Shown here: one piece after another, positions 11,735-24,193 of the stretch | How positions within the stretch are numbered: the stretch's first letter is position 1 | How the letters are laid out: every line of letters starts with the position of its first letter | Assembly: GCA_043228905.1 (NCBI GenBank) | Contig: JBHGNT010000003.1 | Location: 10,974,001-11,038,000 of the forward strand | Source: Azolla caroliniana | Lineage: Eukaryota; Plantae; Polypodiophyta | DNA length: 64,000 nucleotides | Direction: 5' to 3' | Notes under the pieces: model-generated | Database searches by the model: none | Seen by the model: the letters and a program-made list of their open reading frames with translations, nothing else | What the model was told of the DNA's origin: nothing | Program-made: the position numbers and the translations under genes

Positions 11735-13535
11735 TTTGCTCCTGTAGCTAATATGACGACAGTTCGTGTGGTGTTGGCGGTTGCTGCAACAAGAGGGTGG
11801 CATCTTCACCAGATGGATGTGAAGAATGCGTTTCTTTAGGGTGATCTTGAAGAAGAAGTCTTTATGACTCCGCCCCTCGGTTTTCAATCGGAGATGAACA
11901 AGTCGGCGGTATGCCGACTAAAGAAGTCGTTGTACGGCCTGAAGCAAGCCCCTCGAGCTTGGAATGCGAAGATCACGCACCAGTTGCACAAGATGGGGGT
12001 TTGCGGCCTCCAAGTCTGACTCTTCGTTGTTCATCCGGCAAGGCTCAACCGGTCGGGTATGTATCCTTTTGTATGTTGATGATTTAGTCATCACCGGACC
12101 GGGTCTTCCAGAAGTCAACCGCGTCAAGTCCCAGTTGTCAGACGCATTTGAGATGAAGGACCTGGGGGACCTTCATTATTTTCTTGGGATCGAGGTGATC
12201 CGAACCCCCAATGGCATATTGCTCTCACAATGACATTACGTCTTGAATATGCTGTACAAGTTCGGCATGACAGAATGCCGACCTGTCTCCACACCCTTGG
12301 ACCGGAACCAGAAGCTTCGTCCCAACTCTGGACCGGCCTGCAACGAGAAACGGTTCCGAAAAATTGTTGGAAGCCTTATTTACTTGACTATCACGCGACC
12401 CGACATCAGCTATCCGGTCGGAATGATAAGTCAGTTCATGCAGAAGCCGACCGTGGAGCACCTTCAGTGCACGTAGTGGATACTGCGATATCTAAGCGGC
12501 ACAAAGGACCGGTGTTACGGGTATGACCATTTAATATCCCATGGTGAGAATTTACCGTAGTATTCTATGCACGTGGATAAATGAGGGTAGCTAGGCCTCT
12601 TATTTATAGCGATACTCAAGGTCCCCAGGCAAGTTCACACTTGACCTAATGGGTTGTCTCAATCCCGAGGATTTAAAGTAATCCTCCCCTTCTTTACAGT
12701 CTCGTTTAACCCTCACACTTGTCCACGTGTATAGAATACTACGGTAAATTCTCACCACGAGATATTAAATGGTCATACCCGTAACAACCAGGGCTTGTTA
12801 TACCGGCGCAGTATACCCGAAGAGCTGGTCGGTTACACAGATGCCGACTGGGTAGGCGATGCATCAGATCGCCGATCAACCTCCGGTTACATGTTTTCCC
12901 TAGGTAGCGTGGTTGTTGCATGGAGCAGCAAAAAGCAGCCAACAGTTGCTCTATCGAGCACTGAGGCTGAGTATCGAGGCGCTACCATTGCCACCTGTGA
13001 AGCCATTTGGCTTCGACGACTACGGCAAGACCTACAGATCGAGGTACCGACCCCGGTTCTGGTCTACTGCAACAACATAAGCAACATGCAACTCGCCAAG
13101 AACCCCGTATTCCATGCTCGCACAAAGCACATAGAAGTGCACTATCACTTCGTGCGTGAGCGTGTCCTGAGCGGTGAGGTCGAACTTCGGTATGTTCACA
13201 CGGATCGGCAAGTTGCCGACATCTTCACCAAACCACTCGGATCGGACAAGTTGCAGCACTTCACCGAAATGCTTGGTGTTCAGCATCTCGACGTGCCACA
13301 CTTGAGCGGGAGAATGGGCAAAGACACCAGAACGGCAAAGGCAAAGAGACTGCCGATTGGGCCGGTGAGGGAAGAACCGACGAAGGGAGAGTCAAGAAGA
13401 AGAAAGGAGCTGAGTCGACAAGGGAAGTCGACACGTCTGAACAAGTCGGAACAAGTGGCGGCGGCGGCAGAGTCAAGAAGGACAGAGCCGAACAAAGGAA
13501 GAAGGCCAAGACCCGGACATGGTCCAATGTGGTGA
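11735..13535 (+). pseudogene. Copia-A1 RT and RNase H, interrupted at 12513-12786
   Basis: Motifs [22 protein letters not shown] and [14 protein letters not shown]. Confidence 0.92.
12513..12786. mobile_element. 274-bp foldback element built from two inverted Gypsy-A U3 ends
   Basis: Starts tgttacgggtatgacc and ends ggtcatacccgtaaca, giving ~68-bp terminal inverted repeats. TSD accgg/accag. Confidence 0.9.
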
Positions 13536-14832
13536 AGGGCTTGGAACCAGAAGACGACCGGGAGCAACCGATTCGGACAAGAGCTGGAACGAATCAGAGA
13601 CAGTCGATTCGGTTCAACAGACAGATTCGGAAGAACTGGATCAATTCAAGGCCAAGAGGACGAGAAGGCAGCGAAAGTCGACGTCAACACGAAGGAATCG
13701 GCGAACCGGAATGCGCCGAAGTCACAGTAGCAAGGGAGCTGAATTGGGCATGTTGAGCAGACAAGCCGACCGAGGAGGTCGAGGTGCGCATAACAAGAGG
13801 GGTCGCGGCAAACAGAACCGGACCAGACGAGGAGCGCGAGCAAGGCGGAGCGACGCCAAGAGAAGTCGATTGGAAGAACCGACTGCCACAAAGGCTGACA
13901 CTAGGATCCAACCTCAAGTTAAGCTTGAGGGGGATTGGCTGGATAAGCCTGAGCCGGTGAGCGAGACAGATTGGTAAGCCGGTGAGCAACAAAGCCGGTG
14001 AGCTAGGGAGCCGGATAGTCGGAAGCCTAGTATTAGTTTAGACTACTAGGCAGTTATAGTCTCGTAGTAAGTGTCAGATGCTCGTGTGAGCATTGAAGTA
14101 TGCGGTACTTTTGTCAGTCCCACGAGGACTTGTATAAATAGTGCTACTGAGCACTGTTGTAAGAGAGAGAGAGTGTTTATATTGTTTTTTAAGGGAACAA
14201 CCCGCTCTCTATACATAACGCTCGGCCACAACCGAGCTTAGAATCATACACAGAAAACGGGAAATAAAGAACGACACGAAGAAGAGACGAGTACACAGGA
14301 TGTTTACATGGAAAAACCCAAACAGGGAAAAAACCACGGCAGCCCACAGGCTGCAAACTATCACTATGCTAGAATGTACAACAGTGAGTTCACGGAGGCA
14401 ACGACCTCGTGCTCACGATCCTCGCCACAAGCGGCGGTTACAACAGAGGCAACAACCTCTTTCTCTCTCTCTCTGTACACTGTTACACGCTCACTCTATT
14501 CTTGGACCAACAAGAATGACAACAGTCAACAGTAACATAAATGTTTGCCCTAAGTCATATTTATACTAATATGACTTTTCGGCTATTTACAAATATAGCC
14601 TCGATGGACTCTCAGAAACATATTTACGAATATGTCTCTTCATCCGGTGAGCATTCCTCACCGAGTCTGCACCATCTGGCTCTCCGTAGCCGGGTACTCC
14701 TCATCCGGTTCTCACCGGGTCTGCACCATCCGACTCTTCGTAGCCGGGGACTCCTCATCCGGTTCTCACCGGGTCTGCACCGTTCTTCTCCCTTCCCATC
14801 CGGAGGGACCTGTCTCCCAACAAACTTCCCCT

Positions 14833-17800
14833 TCACTCCGGCATGGGGTGTCTTAACAGTCCGATTCTCTTCCGGCATGCCTCCAACTTGTCGAGTATCA
14901 GCGCTTTGGTCAGCATGTCTGACCCGTTCTCAGCCGTGTGGATCTTCATCAGCGCGAACTCCTGGTCATCTACTCTTTCCCGGATCCAGTGATATCTTCG
15001 CTGGATATGCTTCGTCCGGGAATGGTAGGCCGCATTCTTAGCAAGGTGGATGGCACTTTGACTATCACAATAGAGTCGGTATTCATCTTGCCAGATACCG
15101 AGCTCTCCGATGAAGTCCTTCATCCATAATATTTCCTTGCCGGCTTCCACGGCTGCCATGTACTCCGCCTCCGTGGTTGACAATGCAACCGTCTTCTGCA
15201 GCCTCGACTGCGACGAAACAGCTCGCCCTGCATATGTCATTACATACCCGGATGTAGACCGGCTGGTATCCACATCAGCCGACATGTCCGAATCGGTGAA
15301 ACCGTCCAGTTGAGGTTTTCTGGAGCCGAATCGGAGACACATATTTGAAGTGCCCTTCAAATACCGGAGTATCCATTTGAACGCGTTCCAATGCTCCTTG
15401 CCGGGATTGCTCATGAACCAGCTCACCACTCCGACTGCGTATCCTATATCCGGTCGGGTACAAACCATTACGTACATTAAGCTCCCGACGGCAGAGGCAT
15501 ATGGAATCTTCATCATATCTGCCTTCTCTGCTTTCGTCTTCGGGCTTTGCTTACCAGATAAACTGCAGTTTGCCGGAAGTGTCGATCCGATCGGTTTCGC
15601 ATCTGACATGTTGAACCGTTGAAGCACCTTTATCACGTACTTCTCCTGTGACAGCCATAATTGCTTCTTTGACCGGTTCCGGATAATATGCATCCCCAGC
15701 ATCTGTCTTGCCGGACCCAAGTCTTTCATTGAGAAGGTCCGGTTGAGAGCCTTCTTCAGTATCCGTATTTTGACTTGATCCCGTCCGACGATCAACATGT
15801 CATCCACATACAGAAGGAGTATCAGGAAGTCATCTCCTTCGAACTTCTTCACAAACACGCAGTGATCGGCCTGTGTCTTGTGGTACCCTTGATCGGTCAT
15901 GAAGGAATCGAACTTCCGGTACCATTCCCGGGGTGCCTGCTTCAACCCGTAGAGGCTCTTCTTCAACCGGCATACCAGGTGCTCCTTCCCTTTTTCCACG
16001 AATCCTTCCGGTTGGTGCATGTAGATCTCCTCTTCGAGGTCGCCGTGAAGGAATGCCGTCTTCACGTCCAGCTGTTCTACCTCGAGGTCCATGCTTGCCA
16101 CTATACTCAGCACCGTCTGGATGGAGGTCATCTTTACTACCGGGGCAAATATCTCGTCAAAGTCCACGCCCTTTTTCTGTTGGAACCCCTTCACCACGAT
16201 CCTGGCTTTGTATCTCAGGGGGTTGCTGGCATCTCCCGGTTTCAACTTGTACACCCACTTATTTCGGAGTGCCCGCTTTCCTTTCGGCAACTCCACCAAT
16301 TCGTACGTATGGTTCTCATGCAGGGAATCCATCTCATCCTGCATGGCACTTAACCATTTTCGGCTGTGGGTGTCATTCTTCGCTTCTTCGAAGCTTTTCG
16401 GCTCCCCCTCATTGGTCAGCATAACATGCTCTGCATCTGGAAATCTCCGGGGGGCCCTTCTCTCTCTGAGAGGATATCTCCGTCTTCGGGCTTCGGTAAC
16501 CGGCTCCTCCATTTTCTCTTCATCCGAATCTGTTTCGGGGTCTTGGCTGGTTCCGGTTTCAGCTTCCTCTACTTCTTCTTCTGCCAGTCCGGTATCCTCA
16601 CCATAACCGACTGGTTCCTCGAGTGCTAACCGGTCTCTTGCCGGTTGGGTCTGCTCATCATAGAGTCTATCCTTATCGGTCGACTCAGAGTTCATTATCT
16701 TCTTCTCCGACTCCCAGTCAACGAGTGTCTTGTCCTCCATGAAGATAATATCTCGACTCCGGAATACCTTCTTGTCGACCAGGTCCCACACTCGGTAGCC
16801 GAACTCATCATCACCGTAACCGAGGAACATGCATGGCCGGGTCTTTGGATCTAACTTTCCTCTCCGGTCCTTAGCTACATGCACGTACGCGAGACACCCG
16901 AACACCTTCAGATGCCGGTAGGACACTTCCTTACCGGTCCATACTCTTTGCGGCGTGTCTCCATCCAAGGGTATTGAGGGTGATCTGTTTATCACATATG
17001 TCGCCGTCGACAGTGCCTCAGCCCAAAACTTCTTGGATAGTTTTGCATGCACTAGCATACTCCTGACCCTCTCCATTATGGTCCGGTTCATCCTCTCGGC
17101 CAGTCCGTTTAGTTCCGGCGTCTTCGGCATGGTAAATTCGAGCCGGATTCCCTTCGAACGATAGTACTCCTCGAACTGCCCCCGGTATTCACCTCCGTTA
17201 TCTGCTCGAACCGCCTTCAGTTTCCGGCCGGTTTCTCTTTCCACTCTCGCGTGGAGCTCTTTGAAGACGGATAACACCTGATCCTTCGTCTTCAACGGTG
17301 TGGCCCACAGCTTCCGGCTGTGGTCATCTATGAACATCACGAAGTACTGCGCTCCGGCATGTGACTTCGTGTCTACTTGACACACATCAGTATGCACCAA
17401 CTCCAGTGGCGCATTACGTCTCTTCGGTGGCCTTGGTCGGAAGGAGGTCCGGTTTTGCTTACCGGCCAGACAATCAGTGCACTTCTCCAAGTGCACGTTC
17501 TTCACTGGAATGAGGTTTTCTTCTGCAAGCCTCTTCATCCCCTTCTCGCTCATGTGACACAGCCTCTTGTGCCACAGCTCACCGGCAGTGTCAGATGCCA
17601 CGTTCACTTCCTTCGGACATAACTGGGCATTCATCAGGTACAGAGTGTTGACCTTCCGAGCCTGAGCCACAATCAGGCTCCCCTTGCTGAACTTCATGAC
17701 ACCGTTCCGGATTCTACCCGTGTAGCCTTCATCATCTAACCGACCGGCTGATATCATGTTCAGTCGAACCTCCGGAACGTGTCGGACATCCTTCAGTTGC

Positions 17801-18857
17801 AACTTGCATCCGGTTGGTGTTGTCAGCCACACGTCTCCTATGCCGACAGTTCGGCATGTGCCTTCATTCCCCATCCGGACAGAACCGTGATCACCGGCTG
17901 AGTAGGATGAGAAGCATTTCCGGTCCGGGGTAAGGTGGAACGACGCTTCGGAGTCTACCACCCAGGTCATCTCGTCGCCGGCAAGGTTTATCTCACTCTC
18001 CTCGGTGATGAGCATCAACTCTTCTTCACTTGCCGCGATTGCCCCCTCCGGTCTTTACCGTTCTGGTTCGGGGTCCGCTTCGAATCGGTACTGTCGATCT
18101 CCTTATCTTTTCGGAAATGCCAACAGTTCTTTTGGAAGTGTCCCGGCTTGCCGCAATAGAAGCAAGTGGGCCTCCCCCTTGACTTTGACCGTGTCCCCGA
18201 CTTCTCCCGGTTCTGGGGACTACGGTTTCTATGTCTTCCGCGTTCCGATTTGGTAAGAAGCACTTTGGAATCAGAGCTCGTATCTTTATCTTTCCGACGC
18301 ACCTCCTCATCTAGCAAGCTCGACTTTACTCTTGCTAGGGATAACCGTTTTCCTTCCGGCCCGGCGTTGCCCAAAGTGACAACCAACGTCTCCCAGCTAT
18401 CCGGGAGGGAACCGAGCAGGAGTAGCGCTAGTACCTCATTGGCGAGAGGTACTTCCAATGAAGTTTCCTGGTGGATCAGTCCCTGGAAGGCATTCATGTG
18501 CTCCGCCATGCTGGAGCCATCTTGGTACCGGAGTCTTACTAGCTTCCGGAATAGCGAAACCTGATTAACAACATTTTTGTTTTGAAACATTATGCCGATC
18601 TTCTCCCAGAGTTCATGAGCCTTGCTCTCTTCATTGAAGTTGTTGTACAGACTCATGTCAATGAAGCACCGTATGTATGCCGTTGTCTTGATGTGCATCA
18701 CCTCCCATATCGCGGCGTCGATTTTTTCCGGTCTCTTGTCCCCGAATTGAACTGGCAGCCAGAGGTCTTTAACCACGAGCATGTCCCTCATCTTCGACTT
18801 CCACACCGAATAGTTGGAGCCGGTGAGCTTGAACATGCCGCCAAATGATTCGTCCAT
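14833..18857 (-). CDS. Copia-B gag-pol polyprotein, one frameshift near 18020-18100
   Basis: ORF 18015-18929 has gag and CFYCGKPGHFQKNC. ORF 14833-18018 has PR WVVDSEAS, INT, RT LYVDDML and RH FTDSDM. Confidence 0.9.
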
Positions 18858-19359
18858 TTTCTGTGTCGTTTCGCCCTGATACCACTTGAAGGGAACAACC
18901 CGCTCTCTATACGTAATGCTCGGCCACAACCGAGCTTAGAATCATACACAAAAAACGGGAAATAAAGAACGACACGAAGAAGAGACGAGTACACAAGATG
19001 TTTACGTGGAAAAACCCAAACAGGGAAAAAACCATGGCAGCCCACAGGCTGCAAACTATCACTATGCTAGAATGTACAACAGTGAGTTCACGGAGGCAAC
19101 GACCTCGTGCTCACGATCCTCGCCACAGGCGGCGGTACAACAGAGGCAACGACCTCTTTCTCTCTCTCTCTCTGTACACTGTTACGCGCTCACTCTATTC
19201 TTGCACCAACAAGAATGACAACAGTCAATAGTAACATAAAAGTTTGCCCTAAGTCATATTTATACTAATATGACTTTTCGGCTATTTACAAATATAGCCT
19301 CGATGGACTCTCAGAAACATATTTACGAATATGTCTCTTCATCCGGTGAGCATTCCTCA

Positions 19360-19585
19360 CCGGGTCTGCACCATCCGGCTCTCCGTAGCCGGGTACTCCT
19401 CATTCGGTTCTCACCGGGTCTGCACCATCCGGCTCTCCGTAACCGGGTACTCCTTATCCGGTTCTCACCGGGTCTGCACCATCCGGCTCTCCGTAGCCGG
19501 GTACTCATCCGGTTCTCACCGGGTCTGCACCATCCGGCTCTCTGTAGCCAGGGACTCCTCATCCGGTTCTCACCGGGTCTGCACC
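19360..19585. repeat. 54-bp tandem repeat in Copia-B U3 (4 units in the 5' LTR, 2 in the 3' LTR)
   Basis: Unit ccgggtctgcaccatccggctctccgtagccgggtactcctcatccggttctca. Confidence 0.9.
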
Positions 19586-19821
19586 GTTCTTCTGCCTTCC
19601 CATCCGGAGGGACCTGTCTCCCAACAGTTTTGAATATAGCTTTTACGTTTGGCACTCTCTGTCTCTCCCGTGTACTCTGTGTATTCTCTGCTTTCTCTGT
19701 TTTCTAACGCTTCCGCAAGTAATCGTTTACATATAAGAACGACTCAATGAGAAGGAATCAGAGTAGATATGCTTAGAATGGTTCTTGGAGCTGAAGAAGC
19801 ACTTCCTACATAGTATGTCAC

Positions 19822-21093
19822 TGTTAATAATTAGGTAATTAAACATGGGTTAATTAGTGCCTACTTATATGATTAAGTTAAGCGGAAGATTAAGTGATGT
19901 GTGTGTATGTGTGTGAGAGGAAGAGAGAGAGAAGTACACTTATGAGCAACACAAGATGGGGGATGATTAACTCTATATTAAATTAGCATTATCATCATCA
20001 AATACAAAAATACCCACAATAAGGTATATATACATCTCATGTGCAAATGTGTAGATGTGTGAGTAGAATATAGGTACTAAGGTGTAAGTCCTATATTAAA
20101 TGTACTTAGGAGTGGAGGATCTAGAATATCCCACTTAAGTACGAGGTCCTATTTAAGGCGTTATAGTCAATACTTCTAACTAGATTCTATCTAGGTAACT
20201 AAGAAGTTACATGGTTGACTAACTAACTAAACTAAGTTGAGCTTGATCTCTCAACACGCCCCCTCAAGCTCAAGTATGAGGCGTCCGACATCCGGTTTTG
20301 CTTTCGGCATTGTCCGGCTTTTGATGTCGGCTTCTGTGTGGCATCCGTTCGGCCTTTGGCTTTGTTCGTCGTGGCAATCTTGGGTCCTTCCCCTCAAGCC
20401 GATGATGAAGGCTTGTAGTGTGTGGGCGAAGGCCGACTACTTCCACCCATCGTGGGTTACGAGCTGCTTCCTGCTACATTCATCGCGAAGGCATAGTGAT
20501 GGGCCATGTCCTCATTGTGGCCAAGCCGAGCCATGAGATTCTTCTCTCTAGAAGAGCGTCGAAGTTTTTCGCTCACCGATGTGAGTGCCTTGTTTACTCT
20601 GAGCGTCGGCATGATGGGTACACCGAACCCACTGTCTAGTGAGGGAACTGACACATCCGAATCACTGTCATCGGGGTGATGGACTTCGTATTTGGGCATC
20701 TTACCTTTGTCTTTGTCCAAGTACGTACTTGGCCGTGACGAGCTTGGGTCGTATGGGGGCTCTTGTGGTCCACTAGTCCTTGTCGTAATCGGACTTTTTT
20801 CGAACATGTGTTCGAAGCGATCTCCATCTTCTACCTCTTGTTTGGCAGATTATTCGAGCGGAGTTGGAGTCGAAGTTGTCTTTGGTGCATACCAGGATGA
20901 GGACTCGTCGAAGATTACGTCTCGACTTACCCGAACCGCTCAGGTAGAAGGGTTGTAGCACTTGTTTGCCTTCTTCTCGGACGAGTATCCTATGAGGATA
21001 CATTCCTCCGATTTCACGTTGGGCTTCTCCCGTTGTTTGTTCGGGATGCATACATTCGCAATGCTTCTGAACACCTTGAGGTGCGACATGATC
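19822..21093 (-). mobile_element. Internally deleted copia remnant related to Copia-A (INT C-terminus, PPT, putative 3' LTR)
   Basis: Integrase tail motifs and AHHYAF. PPT ttgagggggcg is followed by tgttgagag at ~20256. The distal LTR end at 19822 is tentative. Confidence 0.65.
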
Positions 21094-21545
21094 TGTTAAT
21101 CGTAGGCTAGACAAGACAATAACATAGGGTGTCCTTCCAGAACACCTCACCAAAGGGGTGGTATGGTAAGGAATGGAAAGACCGTAACACAGAACCGATA
21201 CTCTCCTATTGTTATCCGGATCGATTAGTTACACGTGTAGGATCAACATGATTAAGCACAGGACGGAAATGACAGGATAAACAAGATATGAAAATAACAA
21301 CACTTCTCTATTAATTATCCTTCCTTAGTTACATCATATCCGAATCCTTTTATAGGTATCTGGCTGTGTTACAAATTGTTGCGAACCGGCAACCGGCTAT
21401 GAACCGGTCCGGATCCGGATCCGGATCGGCATACCGATTCCAGGTCCATCCATCCGATCTTATAATTATAATAATTAATTCTAATTACAACTCCCTTTAT
21501 CCCAAAACTGGCTCCCCTTTCATACTTTGGCCTAACTGGCCAACA
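21094..21545 (-). mobile_element. LTR of a Tat-like element (strand assigned from TATA and R/U5 polarity)
   Basis: TGTT...AACA ends. cctataaaagg on the minus strand at 21346-21356. Adjacent tRNA-complementary site at 21548. Confidence 0.7.
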
Positions 21546-24193
21546 GATGGCACGCCCGTGGGACAATACCTTGTATGTCGAACCCACAGGTTAGCCCCTT
21601 CACCCATTCTTCCAGAATGTCCAGAATACTTCGGTCCAAGGGTTCCAACGGTTCATCGGGTAGTTGCTCCATCTGCTTCTGTTGTTGTTGCTATGATTGT
21701 TGTTGTTGTTGCTATTGTGGTTGTTGTTGCTCTCCGGCCTGATACGCTCCCTACTCTATTGGTCTCGGCGCCTCCGGCTCTGGTTCCTCCGTCCTTGGCT
21801 TCTCCCGTTGCTCCCGTTCTGCTTTTGCTGGTTCTTCTGGTCTGGCTACTTCCAGCTACTCCACTCGGGCTTCGTCTGGCTGGCCTCCTCTAGTTCCGGC
21901 TACATTCGGTGGCTCCTTCAGAGATTGCTCTTCGTCACTTATGTTGATTGCCGCCGTCATTTGCGATGCCACCTGCCATCTACACTCCCGCTCATACCAC
22001 TCAAATTGGAGTTGAGTGGCAAGCTAGTCATCATCCAACTGTTCTACCAACCACCTCCCAACCACCAATTGTTCTCCTGCTAGGGACAAGAAATCGTCCC
22101 AATGCTCTCCGCATCCATCTTGTCGAAGTTGTCACCGTCCTTCCTCCGGTTCTCAGCATCCACTCACAGAGTCTATAATTCCATCGCCTGTTGTGCCCAT
22201 TTTGACCACCATTGTACTAAGCTTTCATCAATCATACTCTTTGTCCTTTCTTTCCATGCTAGGACAATGGCGCGGATCCGGTTGAGCCCTATCTTGGATT
22301 TGTCCTCCGCAACCTGCTTTTCCTCCTTTAATTTCTTTATCAAGCCCGCGGTTGCCTGTGCTTGCACCCCGTATTCAAGCAACTGGGTTTGATACGTTGT
22401 CTGAACCCTATTCAGTGCCAATCTTGCTCGTTTCATCTCTTCATAGTACTGTTCGGTGAGCACCGTCCTTTCTCTTGCCAGTTTGTCTAGTAGCTTTGCC
22501 GACTCAACTGCCTTCGTTCGTTCTTCTGCCAAAGCCTCCATTTTCTTGGTTACTTCATTCTGGAGTTCTCTTATCTTCTCCTGTTGCCGGTCACATTCAG
22601 CCATCAATTTCTTGAGCTCTGCTTCCAAGTGTTTGTGATCCCGGTGCAGTCTTTCAAAGTCCTCAGTCTTTTGATTTAACCTCTGGTTGATCTGACTTCT
22701 TGCTCGGCCTTCTCTGTCTTTATGTTGTCGGAGTTCTTCTTTCAGTTGTTCAATCTCTCCTTCTGCCATCCGATGCAGCTTGTCTTTTTCTTGCAGCAGT
22801 TTGTCTTTTTCCTCTTTTAACCAGTTGTTGGCTGCCTGAGTCTTTTGGAGGTTTTCTTCTATTTTTCACTTCTCCTCCTCCATTGTCTTCTTCACCTCCC
22901 TGTCTCTGGCCCCCAAGGCCTCTTGAGCTGCTAACTCCTCCCTTAGGTTGGAGAGTTCTTGTTCGCGCACATTACTTGTGTCCGACGCTGTAGGAGCCAC
23001 CGGGGTGTTATTTATCTGTTCAGTCACCGGTGCCATCGGTTCTGGTCCTGTTGGTCCCGAACTGACCTGTCTAGCCGCGTCTGCTTTGGCCTTCTCAATT
23101 TCTTCCTCCATGCTCCGGATCCTCGACCGGGCTTTCTCGAGTTCCTCGGTTGTGGCGAACAACCGGTCCCCTTGTGCTCTCTTTTTGGCTTCAATTTGGC
23201 TTACCACCCTAGCCACCTGCTCCCCGATCCAACGCAACCATTGACTACCGGTGCCTTGTTGTGGTGTCCGCTCTAGTGTCACCTGAAGCTCTTGTTGTAC
23301 TGTTGTCTCTAGTAACAACTCCTTTTCTTGTTGTGCCTGTCAACCTGGTGAGGTAGGTAGTTCTATCACCGGTTCTGGTAGTACCGGTGCCACCGCTTCT
23401 GGCCGAACAAGCCCGGTCCGGTCTCTTGCCTTGGCTCTCATCCCTTAGAGCGGGGAGTCGGTGTGCTGTCCTCTACCAGACCTGATTCGTCCCCTTGCTG
23501 CTCCGCGTCGCTTCTCTTCTGGCGACGTAGGAAATTGTCGGCGGGTTCTTCCTCCGCCTCCTCCTCTTGTGTTCCGATGTTAATTCTTTGAGCCAAGGTG
23601 GGTGGATCTCACTCATGCCACCGCAACTTAATTTTAAGAGGCTTTACCGGTGGTTCTACCAGTGCCTCGGTCTCCACCTGTCGCTTCCGGCTGGGCTATT
23701 CCTTTTCCTTCTGTGCCGATCCTCCCTCTATCCAATCGGGAGTGTGCTTGGCGAGGAGTTGTTTCCACTTCGAAGGCTTGTTTGGCGTTGCATCTAGTGA
23801 ATGTTAACGTGGGGAAGCATTAGACAGAACTGGCTCATCCGGATAGTAATAGAGAATACGATGAAGGTTTAATGGAGAAGCTTAATACACAGGAGAGACA
23901 CAGAGAGCAGAACATAAATGTTGATTCAAAATAACTCTAAAACACTGTGCATACAATGTGCTATAACAACACTATTTATATAAGGTCCATAAAGGACTGA
24001 CTGAAGTACTGATAGGTACTTAAATATTCCTACGTGCGACTGACACTAACTACGAGACAATGATTACCTAGTAGTCTAGGCTAATACTAGGATTTTGGTT
24101 CTCGCTCGAATCCGGCTCTCCGATCCGGCCGGTTGTTTCTGGAAACCATCCGGATACCGATCTGGCTCATTCTTATGCATGCCAATCTGGCTC

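Larger units (their letters stand above)
14189..19626 (-). mobile_element. Ty1/copia element 'Copia-B' (Tnt1/Tork-like), nearly intact, inserted in the Copia-A1 3' LTR
   Basis: LTRs 18887-19626 and 14189-14822. PBS tggtatcagggc at ~18873-18884. PPT ggagtgaaggggaag at ~14825-14839. TSD gtttt. Confidence 0.95.
2313..19731 (+). mobile_element. Ty1/copia element 'Copia-A1', degenerate, hosting three nested insertions
   Basis: 5' LTR 2313-2711 (tgttg...ttaca). iMet PBS tggtatcagagc at 2712-2723. PPT gcttgagggg at ~13923. 3' LTR split into ~13933-14188 and 19627-19731. Perfect TSD tataa. Domain order gag-PR-INT-RT-RH. Confidence 0.95.

Noticed and set aside
18015-18100. Programmed frameshift in Copia-B
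   Set aside because: Tnt1-like elements use a single ORF and I see no slippery site or structure. A mutational indel is more likely.
22173-23318. Host myosin/SMC-like gene or env gene
   Set aside because: It is a generic coiled coil inside LTR-bounded sequence, with no ATPase motif and no clear transmembrane segment on the coding strand.
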